NCBI GenBank assembly: GCA_963736855.1
Contig: CAVTQK010000015.1
Location: forward strand, 256,001-320,000
Length of the DNA: 64,000 nucleotides
From: an uncultured delta proteobacterium
GTDB lineage: Bacteria; Desulfobacterota; Desulfobacteria; Desulfobacterales; UBA2156
Reading direction: 5' to 3'
The notes beneath the pieces were generated by a model that made no database searches, was not told where the DNA came from, and saw only the letters and a program-made list of their open reading frames with translations. Both the position numbers and the translations under genes were made by a program. How positions within the stretch are numbered: position 1 is the stretch's first letter; every line of letters begins with the position of its first letter. Below, piece after piece: positions 51,591-62,085 of the stretch.

Positions 51591-52588
51591 TGGCGCCCAC
51601 CATTTTTCGGACGAGGTCTACGATCTTATCCGTCTGCGGCAGGACCGCCTCCTCCAGGTGCCTGGCGTAGGGCATGGGTACTTCAACACTGCAGAGGCGC
51701 TCGACGGGAGCGTCCAGCTCGTAGAAGGCGCCCTCCATGATTCGCGCGCCGATCTCGGCCGAAATGCTTCCGCTGCGCCATCCCTCATCCACAATGAGCG
51801 CACGGTGCGTCTTGGCGACCGATTCCAGGAATGTCTTTTCATCCAGCGGGCGCAGCGTGCGCAGGTCGATGACCTCCGCTTCGATCCCTTGCTTGGACGA
51901 GGATTTCCGCCGCATCCAGCGATTTGTAGAGGCTCGCCGAGTAGGTGATGATGGTGATATCTTTTCCGGCCCTGCGCACACGGGCTTGATCGATATCTAC
52001 CGCACCGGCATCGGCGGCAAGCGTCCCTTCCAGGTTGTAAAGCCCGCTGTTTTCAAAGATGAGCACCGGGTCCGGGTCCTGCAGAGCGGTCCAGAGCATG
52101 CCGCGCGCGTCCTCGATGGTGGCCGGGCTGAGCACTTTGATGCCTGGGATATGGGCATACCAGCCCTCGAGGGAGCGGGAATGCTGGGCCGCCAATTGCC
52201 GGCCGCCGCCGGTCGCCATGCGGATGACGATGGGGACATTGAACTGTCCGCCGGACATGTAAAGATAGACGGCGGCGGTGTTGATGATCTGGTCGGCGGC
52301 CAGCAGGCTGAAGTTGACCGTCATGACCTCCACGATGGGGCGCATGCCGCCCAGGGCCGCACCGATGCCCGCGCCCACGAACCCGGATTCGGAGAGCGGG
52401 GTATCGCGGATCCTTTCCGGGCCGAATTCTTCGAGCAATCCTTTGCTCACCGCAAAGCACCCCCCATACCGGCCCACATCCTCTCCCATGAGGAAAACCC
52501 GTTCGTCTTTTTGCATGGCCTCCCGGATGGCTTCGCGCACGGCTTCACGGTAGGTGAGCTTTCGCAGGTCCATATCGCCGATGGTCAT
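51583..52588 (-). CDS. 2-oxoacid dehydrogenase E1 beta, frameshift about 51897
   Basis: MGEDVG, DTPLSE, GMRPIVE, AAQHS; then [12 protein letters not shown] in a second frame. Confidence 0.9.
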
Positions 52589-53554
52589 GGCATCCTCCGT
52601 TCCGAATAGACGAAGCGAGTCAGATCTTCGAGCGGCTCCCAGGTGCATGCCTCGGCAAAGGCGACGGCTTCGTTGATCTCCCGGGCCACGTCGCGCTCGA
52701 TCTCTTCGATGTCGACATCGCCAAGGAGTCCTTCACTTTTCATCTTCTGCGTGAAGGTCGCGATCGGGCAGCGCTTTTTCCATTCCTCGACTTCCGCTTT
52801 GGTTCGATAGAGCTCCGGGTCGTACATGGAGTGGGCCCGAAAACGATAGGTGCGGCATTCCAATAAAAACGGTTTCCCATTGGACCGAATCGCCTCGGCC
52901 GCCTTTTTCGCAGCCGTCTCGACCGCCAGAACATCCATGCCGTCCACCGCCGCTGAAGTCACGTCGTAGCTCGATGCCTTGCGGGCGATATCCATGACGG
53001 CACTGTTCGTATTTCAGCGCCGTGCCCATGGCGTACAAGTTGTTTTCGCAAACGAACAGCACCGGCAATTGCCACAGGGAAGCCAGGTTCAAGCTTTCAT
53101 GAAACTCCCCCTCGGCGACAGCGCCTTCGCCGAAAAAGCAGCATGTGACGCGCGGTTTTTGCTGCATTTTGTCCGCCAGGGCCAGACCGACCGCAATGGG
53201 AAGACCGCCGCCGACAATGGCATTTCCTCCATAAAACCTCGTTTTGTCATCGAAAAGATGCATGGAACCGCCTCGACCGCGGCTGCACCCTTCCTGTTTT
53301 CCGTACATTTCCGCCAGAATAGCACCCGCGGGAACGCCCCGTACGAGCGCATGGCCATGTTCGCGATAGGTGGCCACAATGGCGTCCTCCTGAGTCAGCG
53401 CTTCCAGGACGCCGACGGCCACTGCCTCTTCTCCGTCATAGAGGTGCAGAAATCCGCGTATCTTCATGGCGCTGTAAAGTTCGGCGCATTTTTCCTCCAG
53501 ACGCCGGATGCGAATCATGGCGCGCAGCAGGTGCAATGCATGATCGCGGTCCAC
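52585..53554 (-). CDS. 2-oxoacid dehydrogenase E1 alpha, frameshift about 53003
   Basis: [30 protein letters not shown] ThDP motif; [11 protein letters not shown] in a second frame. Confidence 0.9.
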
Positions 53555-53590
53555 CGCGTTCGTCTTTGATTTTCAGTGCACTTTTGGTTT

Positions 53591-55359
53591 TCATTCTGAA
53601 TCCTCCAGTGTCGAGAGGTCACCTTCGGGCAGACCCAACTCGCGGGCCTTGAGCAACCGCCGCATGATCTTGCCGGCCTTGTTTTTGGGAAGGTTCGGCT
53701 TGAAATCGATCTCTTTGGGTGCCACGGCCGAACCGAGCTTTTTACGGGCAAAACCGATGAGTTCCAGGCGTAGTGCATCGCTGGGTGCGATTCCCGGCTT
53801 GAGGGCTGACAAACGCTTTGACGATTTCCCCGATGAGCGGGTCCGGCTTTCCGATAACGCCTGCTTCGGCAACGGCGGGGTGCTCCATGAGCGTGCTTTC
53901 GACTTCGAAGGGGCCCACCATGTGGCCGGAGGTCTTGATGATGTCATCGGCGCGGCCCACGAACCAGAAGTATCCGTCCGCGTCGCGTTTGGCCAGATCT
54001 CCGGTCAGATACCAGCCTCCGACGAAGCACTTTGCGGTAGCGCTCCTCGTCGTGCAGGTAGCCCCGAAACATGGATGGCCAGCCCGGCCGGAGCGCCAGT
54101 TCACCCTGGACGTCCGGCTTCTTTGATCACTTTGACGGTATCTTTGTCGATGCGCTGGACGATGGCTGCCTCGATTCCGGGAAGCGGGCGTCCCATGGAA
54201 CCGGGCCGGATCTCCATGGCAGGAAAATTGGCGATCATGATGCCGCCCGTTTCCGTCTGCCACCAGTTGTCATGGATCGGCAGCCCCATGGCCTTCAGTC
54301 CCCAGACCACGGCCTCGGGGTTGAGCGGTTCGCCGACGCTGTGAATGACGCGCAGGTGACTCAGATCGTACTCGCGGGCCGGCTCGATGCCCAGGCGCAT
54401 GAATCTGCGGATGGCCGTGGGCGCCGTGTACCAGACGCTCACCTTCTGGGACGCCAGGATTCGGCACCAGCGCATGGCGTCGAAATCCGCTTCATCGACG
54501 ACGTTGGTGATTCCATGCAGGAGAGGCGAAATGATGCCATAAGAAGTTCCTGTCACCCATCCGGGGTCGGCCGTGCACCAGAAGACATCGTCCGGGTGAA
54601 AATCCATGACATATTTGCCGGTCATGTAATGGATGAGTGCGGCGCTGTGCGCATGGAGGGCGCCTTTGGGCATGCCGGTGGTGCCGCTGGTAAAGTGCAG
54701 GAACGCGATATCCTCCGGGTCGGTCGGTGGGATGCAATAGGTGTCGGAAGACTCCGCCATGAGCCTGGGCAGCGACAGGAGACCGTTTCCCAAATGGTCC
54801 TCGGCATCCACCAGGAGCACATGCTTGAGCTTGGGCAGGGTGTCCATCAGCTGACTCACCTTCTGCCGGTAGTAACGTTCGGTGGTCAGCAGGATTTTCG
54901 CATCCCCTCGGCTCAGCCGCTGATAGATGGGCTCCGGACCAAAAGCGGAGAAGAGGGGACAAAAGACGCTCGTGTTTTTGAGGATTCCCAAAGCGGCGAT
55001 GTACAGTTCGGGAATGCGGCCCGCCAGAACACGGAGACCGTATCGCCCTTGCCGATTCCCAGTCCTTTGAGAATATTGGCAAAGCGGTTGCTCTGCCCTT
55101 TCAGCTCGCCATAGGTGAAACTCACGGATTGCCCCATCGCTCCCAAGCCATCGCAGGGCCACGTGGTCGCGAAGCCGTCCTTCGGCATGACGATCGACCG
55201 CTTCGTGAGCGATGTTGAGCCCTTTGCCCTCCGGAAGCCCCTGCAACTCACCGCGGATGGTATCCCAGGAAAAATTGGCAAAGCGTAGTCGGCATAATCC
55301 AGGAGATTCGGAACAGTCTTCCATGATTCCGGATGCTTTTGAATAGAGGTCCAAAGCAA
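53591..55359 (-). CDS. AMP-forming acetyl-CoA synthetase (AcsA-like), about six frameshifts
   Basis: [59 protein letters not shown] across alternating frames; GAGG RBS plus TTG. Confidence 0.88.
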
Positions 55360-55731
55360 GTTCGCACCTCGCTCAATGCTGTCTTAAAAAAGGGGTGCGT
55401 CGTCTTTGGTCATTATAGATAACGATAAACGGGAACTTGTTTTTTATGAAAAGAACTATGGCAGAGGTATGCTGGTGTGTCAATGTCTACAGATGTGGGA
55501 CCTACATGAAAAGATGAATTCATCTTTCAGCAATATCCGCGCAAAAGCGTGCATCAGATGAAAAGCGCAGGTCACGTCCTGTCAAGGTTCCTCGGAGTCG
55601 GCTTGCAGGAGCTGATTTCAAACCACCTCAAGCTGCGATAGTCAGCGGAAGAAATTGTCTGAAATCACTCATCAACTGTAAAAGAAAAGCCAAAGCTGCT
55701 GCCCATGCCGGGAACAAATAAAGTAACCCGC

Positions 55732-56142
55732 CTAAAGTCCCTCTATTTTCTCGGCTATAATTTTCGGCAGGGGTATGGCCTTCCAGGAATGATCGATGGC
55801 CACAAAGGTGACGCTCCCTTCGGCAACCAACCGAGTCTCCGGAGGGCGGTAAAATTGAAACTGAAAAACAATGGCCTTTTCCTTGACTTCTTTGATCGAG
55901 GTGTGCATTTCAAGCATATCACCATAATAGGCCGGTATAAAAAAGCGGCAATCCGCCGCGACTTTGGGCATGCCGAATTTTTCTTCCTGGTTGCGAAAAA
56001 ATGTTTTCGGTGACATCCCTATATGGCGCAAGAATTCTTCAATTCCTTGATGAAAATAACGAAAATAAGCAACAAAATAAACAACGCCATACGGGTCGGT
56101 ATCGCCGAAGAGAACATGTACTTCGGTTTTATGAATAAGCAT
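55732..56142 (-). CDS. Hot-dog acyl-CoA thioesterase (YbgC/4-HBT-like)
   Basis: FGDTDPYGVVYF..YFRYF; AGGAGG RBS. Confidence 0.88.
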   Translation of the reverse strand: MLIHKTEVHVLFGDTDPYGVVYFVAYFRYFHQGIEEFLRHIGMSPKTFFRNQEEKFGMPKVAADCRFFIPAYYGDMLEMHTSIKEVKEKAIVFQFQFYRPPETRLVAEGSVTFVAIDHSWKAIPLPKIIAEKIEGL

Positions 56143-56243
56143 GTTACACCTCCTGTAAGGAGACCTTTGAAAATTTAGCCGGATTCCAGGTGCGGCGATT
56201 TTGAGGAATTTTTAAAAAGAATTTTATCGGAAACGTGCTTTAC

Positions 56244-56583
56244 TGAGCTGTTGGACAGTGCCGCTGAGCTTTTCGACAAGCACTACAAGTCTCGAAAGCA
56301 GATGGAGGGCCACGTCGATGAGCTCTACCGGCAAATCGGCCAGCTCAAGGTGGAAAACGATTTTTTAGCACGAAAGCTCGGCTTATGAGCCAAAAGCAGC
56401 GCAGGCAGATGATTGAACCTGAGCGTCTCGAGCCGAGCATTTCACAACAGTATCAGTTGTTGGGTATAAGCCGCTCGTCGTTCTATTATGTCCCACGGCC
56501 GATGGATTCCGAAGATTTGGAGCTGATGCGGCTGGTATTACCTACGTTCCCATCAGGCTGCCCAAACAACGGGGTCCACCGCA
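56244..56583 (+). mobile_element. Internally deleted IS3-family remnant
   Basis: OrfA end ELYRQIGQLKVENDFLARKLGL, OrfB start SISQQYQLLGISRSSFYY, then right end CTGCCCAAACAACGGGGTCCACCGCA. Confidence 0.8.
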
Positions 56584-56638
56584 ATTTTATATAAATTTTG
56601 TTTATCAGTTCAGTTTTGAAAATATGAACAGTATTTTT

Positions 56639-58669
56639 TTATTTATCCCCCTTTTCAATAATTCTAACATCCGCCACCAGCACCCCGTCCGGATAGACGA
56701 AGACCGGATTAAGATCGATTTCAACGACTTCGGGATGGTCTTCGGATATACGCGCTACAGTCAACAGGCAGTCTGCCAGTGCCTGTTCATCCAAAGCCGG
56801 CCGGCCGCGATAGCCGGAAATAAGCCTGTAGCCTTTGATTTCACGGATCATGGTCAATGCATCTTCCTTTGTCAAAGGCGGAAGCCTGAGGCGCACATCC
56901 TGGAAAATCTCCACCATGATACCGCCAAGGCCGAAAAGAATCACCGGGCCGAATTGAGGATCGCGATTCATTCCCACAATGATCTCCAGTCCGGGTGGCG
57001 CCATTTTGCTTACCAGTACGCCATACACCTGTGCTTCGGGATTGACGCGTTTCACAGCCGACAGCAACGCATCATAAGCTTTTTCAACCGCTTCAGCAGA
57101 ATTTAGATCAAGCTTTACCCCTCCTATATCGCTCTTGTGTAGAACGTCCGGTGAGCTGATTTTGAGCGCCACCGGGAATCCTTGTTCCTGAGCAATCTGA
57201 ACGGCATGGGCCCGGCTGTTCGCCAGCGCAAACTCGGTACAGGGCAAGCCTTGTTCGGCAATTCGCGAAAAGGCCTGATGAAGCGGCAGTTGACGACCGG
57301 CCGCCGGAACGATTAGCGTCGGTTTCTGTGGCGGATCCAACATTTTTCGCTCAAGCACCTGGGCCAGCGCCTTTATTCCGCGTTCGGGAGTGGGAAAGAC
57401 CGGAATTCCTTTAAGATGCATGAGTTCACGTTCGTGGCGTTCGACGTCTGCACCCCCATAAAAGATAATCAGTTCATTGGAATCGGGTGTCACGACACGG
57501 GAGGCGTCTTCTACCGGGTCTCCGAAGATCAACCCCAGGGTGTCATAGTGCTTTCGGGTGACCTCAATGACATCACCGAACATTTGAGCAGTGGCATCAC
57601 CGGTGAGATCAATGGGGTTGGCCTTGATGGCATGGGCCGGGATGAGGGGCGTTATCTCCTCCACCAACTCTTGGGGCAGCGGCGATACGTTTAAGCCTTC
57701 TTGTTCGGCCTGATCCGTTGCCAGAATCGCAGCACCTCCGGATGTGGTGATAAAAAGAATACGATTGCCCTGTGGTGGTTTCAGATACGCCAAGGCCTTG
57801 GCGTAGTCATAAAACTCTTCCGCCGTGTAAGCCCTGCAAATTTTATATTTTGAAAAAAGAGCTTCATAAATGGCATCAGCACCGGCCAAGGCCTTGGTAT
57901 GGGACTCGGCTGCCACCTTTCCTTTCGGCGTACGGCCGGACTTTAGAACCACAAGGGGCTTTTGAAGCTGTTCCACCGCATGAATGAACCGTTCGGGACG
58001 TTTGATCCCTTCGATATATGCAGCAATGACCTCGGTGTTGGGGTCCTGATTGAAATAGGCAATAAGGTCGGTTTCATCGACGTCGGCCCGATTGCCCATG
58101 CTGATGAAGCTTGAAGTCCCCAGTTTATCCTCGGATAACCAGTCCATCATGGCAGCACCGACCGTGCCGCTCTGGGAAATAAGTGCGATCTTGCCCTGGT
58201 AAGTCAGCAGCGGCCAGGACGCACACAGGGGATGATGGGGATTGTTTACGCCCTGGCAGTTGGGTCCGATGACACGGACGCCGTACGTTCGGGCATTTTC
58301 AACCACCTGCTGCTGAAGTTCTTCTCCTTCAGGCCCGGCCTCGCTAAACCCGCCGGTAATAATCACCACAGCCTTTATACCGGCTTCACCGCATTCCCGT
58401 ACTGTCCCGGGAACGAATCGGGCCGGGATGATGATGACGGCGAGATCCGGTGCTTCGGCAATATCTTTGACACTCACATGGCAGGGAATATCCAGAATGG
58501 CGTCGGCTTTGGGGTTGATGGGGTAGACATTCCCCTTAAAGCCGCTGTCCAGTATATTTTTCATGATTTCATGGCCCAGTTTGCCCGGGCTTGTCGACGC
58601 ACCGATAACGGCAACGCTTTTGGGTTTCAAAACGGCGTCCAATTGGCTAATGAGATTCGCTGCCGGCAT
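56639..58669 (-). CDS. ADP-forming acyl-CoA synthetase (ACD), fused alpha-beta
   Basis: PKSVAVIGAS, GPNCQG, SQSG, ESHT phospho-His, HKSDIGGV, IDLNP; no GNAT domain. Confidence 0.9.
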   Translation of the reverse strand: MPAANLISQLDAVLKPKSVAVIGASTSPGKLGHEIMKNILDSGFKGNVYPINPKADAILDIPCHVSVKDIAEAPDLAVIIIPARFVPGTVRECGEAGIKAVVIITGGFSEAGPEGEELQQQVVENARTYGVRVIGPNCQGVNNPHHPLCASWPLLTYQGKIALISQSGTVGAAMMDWLSEDKLGTSSFISMGNRADVDETDLIAYFNQDPNTEVIAAYIEGIKRPERFIHAVEQLQKPLVVLKSGRTPKGKVAAESHTKALAGADAIYEALFSKYKICRAYTAEEFYDYAKALAYLKPPQGNRILFITTSGGAAILATDQAEQEGLNVSPLPQELVEEITPLIPAHAIKANPIDLTGDATAQMFGDVIEVTRKHYDTLGLIFGDPVEDASRVVTPDSNELIIFYGGADVERHERELMHLKGIPVFPTPERGIKALAQVLERKMLDPPQKPTLIVPAAGRQLPLHQAFSRIAEQGLPCTEFALANSRAHAVQIAQEQGFPVALKISSPDVLHKSDIGGVKLDLNSAEAVEKAYDALLSAVKRVNPEAQVYGVLVSKMAPPGLEIIVGMNRDPQFGPVILFGLGGIMVEIFQDVRLRLPPLTKEDALTMIREIKGYRLISGYRGRPALDEQALADCLLTVARISEDHPEVVEIDLNPVFVYPDGVLVADVRIIEKGDK

Positions 58670-58810
58670 CGTTTACCCCCTTTGGTGATAACTGAGTAAT
58701 TACAAAAGCAAAAAAGTGCAGCAAAAACTTCTTATTTATTTGAAAGCAACTCGTGAGGCCTGCATTTGGAGATGCGACTCAAAAGACCTGATCGGTTGGC
58801 TTCCCATCCA

Positions 58811-59221
58811 CTATCGAGTTTTTGCTTTTTCGGCCTTTTTTGCCACCCGGTTGTTGAACTTTTCGGCATTGATGATAAAACGTATGTGGACGGCCTCGCC
58901 AATCTTCTCCACTTCGTCATACCCCTCCACTTCAAAGGTCAGTTTGCTGCCGTCGATTTCTGTCAGTTTGGTACTGAATCTCACCTTCATTCCCAAAGGA
59001 GTTGCAGCCATATGCTTGAAATTCATCCCGATCCCAACGGTTTGCTCACCTTTGCCAAGATAAGGGAGAACCAGGTCTGCGCAGACCTCTTCAATATGTC
59101 CCACCATGGCGCGTGTGGCATAGACATCGGGCACATGAGGATAAACTTTTTGTGCTGACATATCTTCAGTGGTTTCCCGTTCGATTTCATGGGTCATGCC
59201 GGCCTTGAGCGCTTCAGTCAT
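58811..59221 (-). CDS. Hot-dog thioesterase, fluoroacetyl-CoA thioesterase (FlK)-like
   Basis: VYAT..M..IE, TVG, HMAATPLG, IGEAVHIR. Confidence 0.85.
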   Translation of the reverse strand: MTEALKAGMTHEIERETTEDMSAQKVYPHVPDVYATRAMVGHIEEVCADLVLPYLGKGEQTVGIGMNFKHMAATPLGMKVRFSTKLTEIDGSKLTFEVEGYDEVEKIGEAVHIRFIINAEKFNNRVAKKAEKAKTR

Positions 59222-59322
59222 GTTTTGCCTCCGTGAAGAATTGAATGGTTCATAATTACTGAATGAGAATCATGAATTTTATCCCAATTTCTTTATGTCA
59301 AGTCAACAGTCATTTGATCTGC

Positions 59323-59520
59323 TTAACAACAGTCTTCAACCTGAAGTCCTTCAATGCGCCCGAACTCCTTTGCGTTGTGGGTTACGAGGATGCCTTTGTT
59401 TGATATTGCAACTCCGGCAATCAGCATGTCGTATAGACCAACGGGCATTACTTTCGGCTCGAGGTTAATATGGACGAATCCTGAGCATTTTCCCTCGTCA
59501 TAACCAATCAGGATGTTTAT
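59323..59520 (-). pseudogene. VapC/PIN toxin C-terminal remnant
   Basis: Startless frame ..MPVGLYDMLIAGVAISNKGILVTHNAKEFGRIEGLQVED. Confidence 0.75.
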
Positions 59521-60264
59521 TACGATATTTCAACGTCTGCTCCCGCAACCAGGCCGTACAGGCTTTCCTGCAGATGGGGGTGACTCATCAATTGATTCCC
59601 GGTTCCGGATAGTGTGATCTTTCCTTCCTCGAGAAGATATGCCTTGGTCGCAACATTAAGAATCCTGCGCACATTTTGGCCGGCCAAAAACAGGGTAAAT
59701 CCGCGACGGCGTATCCGTCTCAGTGTGTCGCACAGCCGGGAGACATCCTTTGGGGCGAGCCCGAGAAACGGGTCGTCCAGCAAAAGGAGGCGGGCCCCGC
59801 TCATCAGACCCCGTGCCACGGTCAGCATCCGTTTCTGACCGCCGCTTAAAGTGCCGGCCAGTTTCCGACGCTTTTCCGCCAGGACCGGGAAGATTTCGAA
59901 TACGAAATCGAGCCGGTCGTTTTTTTGTTCCCGGAAAAGATAGGCGCCGATTTCCAGATTTTCCAGTACATCCATCACTGGAAAAACCTTCATGCCCTCC
60001 GGAATATAAACAAGTCCCCTGCGAACGACTTCATGCACGGGAAGCTTCTGAATCTGTTCATTTTCATAGGTGACGACGCCCTGAACCGGACGGATGAGAC
60101 CCGCAATTGATTTCATCAGGGTGGTTTTCCCGGAACCGTTGAGCCCGACAATGCGAAACGATCTGCCCGGGATAAACCGTTAAATTTACCTGCGAAAGTG
60201 CCTGGATGTCACCGTAGTTAACGGTCAGGTTGCATACGCTCAGCATTGGTTTGAGAATTTCCAT
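59520..60264 (-). CDS. ABC ATPase, LivF-like, frameshift about 60153
   Basis: NYGDIQAL in one frame; GLNGSGKT, LSGGQ, LLDDPFLGLAP in the next. Confidence 0.85.
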
Positions 60265-60310
60265 ATTTTGCTCATTATCTGTTGATTCGCTTTTCTATAG
60301 GCATAAATTT

Positions 60311-61054
60311 CTACTCGTGCTCCTCCTCATGACGCATGCCGAGATACGCCTTTATTACTTTACGGTTTTTCATCATCTCCTTGGGCGGTCCCTCGGCAAT
60401 TTTTTCGCCGAAATCCAAAGCAATCAGCCGGTCCGACACTTTTAAGCTCAGGTTGAGAAAGTGGTCGATGATCAGCACCGTGACACCCATATCACGAACC
60501 CTTAGAACCAGCTTCACAGCTTGCTTCACGGCCACCGGGCTAAACCCGGCCGCCACCTCGTCCAGCAAAAGGAGCCGTGGCCGTGTGGCCAGCGCGCGGG
60601 CCAGATCCAGCCGGCGCAGTTCGCTGAGTGTTAGATCCCCGGCGAGCGTATCGGCTTTGTGCGCGATATCCACCATTCCCAGAAGTTCCCGTGCCGTGTC
60701 TTTATCCTCTCTGCGAGGGCGCAGGTAGAACTCTTTGCCAAAAACGCACCCCACGATGACATTATCCAGGGCCGTCATTTTTGCGAACGGCCGGGAGGAT
60801 TGAAACGTTCTGCTGATTCCCAACCGGCATATCGCGTGCGGTTTAAGGCCGGTAATTTCCGTACCGGCAAATATAATTCTGCCGCTGTTGGGTTTGAACC
60901 GGCCGCTGATCAGATTGAACAGGGTCGTCTTTCCGGCCCCGTTGGGCCCCACCATTCCGACGACCTCACCTTCTGTGATGGAGAAGTCAATTCCATTCAA
61001 AGCGTGGATTTCGCCGAATGTTTTGGTAACGTTATGCAGTTGCAGAAGTATCAC
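60311..61054 (-). CDS. ABC ATPase, LivG-like
   Basis: GTGA overlap start; GPNGAGKT, GISRTFQ, LLLDE, VIKAYLG. Confidence 0.92.
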   Translation of the reverse strand: MILLQLHNVTKTFGEIHALNGIDFSITEGEVVGMVGPNGAGKTTLFNLISGRFKPNSGRIIFAGTEITGLKPHAICRLGISRTFQSSRPFAKMTALDNVIVGCVFGKEFYLRPRREDKDTARELLGMVDIAHKADTLAGDLTLSELRRLDLARALATRPRLLLLDEVAAGFSPVAVKQAVKLVLRVRDMGVTVLIIDHFLNLSLKVSDRLIALDFGEKIAEGPPKEMMKNRKVIKAYLGMRHEEEHE

Positions 61055-62085
61055 GGCGCTTTCCGTATACTCCCCCAAAAGCCTCGGGGCAGGTAGATGA
61101 TAATCAGGACGAGTACTGCGCCATATAGAAACTCGTGGCCCGCAGGGATCAGGGGATGAAATATGAATTGGTCCACCGGATAGAGGATCAGTGCTGCCAG
61201 AGCGGGACCGACAATTGTAAACCGGCCTCCGCAAAGGGCAAAGATCATCGGGGCGGCTGAAAAATGGATACCATAGACCAGATCGGGCCCGATATAGCGT
61301 ACCATGTGTGCATAACAGGCACCGCTGACACCCGCGAAAAATGCGCTCACCAGCAGCGAGAACAAGCGAAATCTTTCAATCCGGATACCGAGGGATTGCG
61401 CCGCGATCTCCTCTTCTCTGATAGCCTGTAACGCCATCCCCAGGTTGGAATGAAATATAAATCCCACTAGACCCGACAAAAAAAGGACATGGATAAGGAC
61501 GAGATAATAAGAAGCGGCAACACTGGAGCCGATGTGGATATGCCATGAACCCAGGTGCAGGGACGGCAACCCAGGCAATCCGACCAGTCCGAGAGAACCC
61601 CGTGTCAGCCAGTCCCAGTTGTCGGTGATGACTCTGGGTATCTCCACAAAGGCGAGGGTTGCCAGCGCAAAGTAAGCACCCCTCAGCCGCATGCAGATCA
61701 GACCCATGACCAGGCCAAGACCGGTGGACAGCAGACCGCCCAGGGGTATGGTGAGCCAGGGTGAAATCCCGGATTCGAGACTGAGCAGGGCGGATGTGTA
61801 AGCGCCCGCACCGAAAAAGGCTGCATGTCCGAGAGAGATTGAACCGCTGATTCCCAGGATATTCCATGCAAGCGCCAGTGTGGCAAGGAGCAGAGCGTGG
61901 GTAAACACCTGTAAGATGTAGTCGTCGTGCCGAACCAGAACGGGCAGCAGAAGCAGAACAAAGAAAAGCAGCACGAGGCCGCCTTTATCGAGTTTCCATT
62001 GCTTAACTCTTGATATCGATTTTTTTTCTTTAGAAAAAGAAATTTTTCTCTCTGGTTCTTCTCCATTTTGCATCGTATTTTTCAC
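61051..62085 (-). CDS. ABC permease, LivM-like (start 62085 or 62073)
   Basis: SLGHAAFFGAGAY, RLRGAYFALATLAF. Confidence 0.9.
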   Translation of the reverse strand: MKNTMQNGEEPERKISFSKEKKSISRVKQWKLDKGGLVLLFFVLLLLPVLVRHDDYILQVFTHALLLATLALAWNILGISGSISLGHAAFFGAGAYTSALLSLESGISPWLTIPLGGLLSTGLGLVMGLICMRLRGAYFALATLAFVEIPRVITDNWDWLTRGSLGLVGLPGLPSLHLGSWHIHIGSSVAASYYLVLIHVLFLSGLVGFIFHSNLGMALQAIREEEIAAQSLGIRIERFRLFSLLVSAFFAGVSGACYAHMVRYIGPDLVYGIHFSAAPMIFALCGGRFTIVGPALAALILYPVDQFIFHPLIPAGHEFLYGAVLVLIIIYLPRGFWGSIRKAP

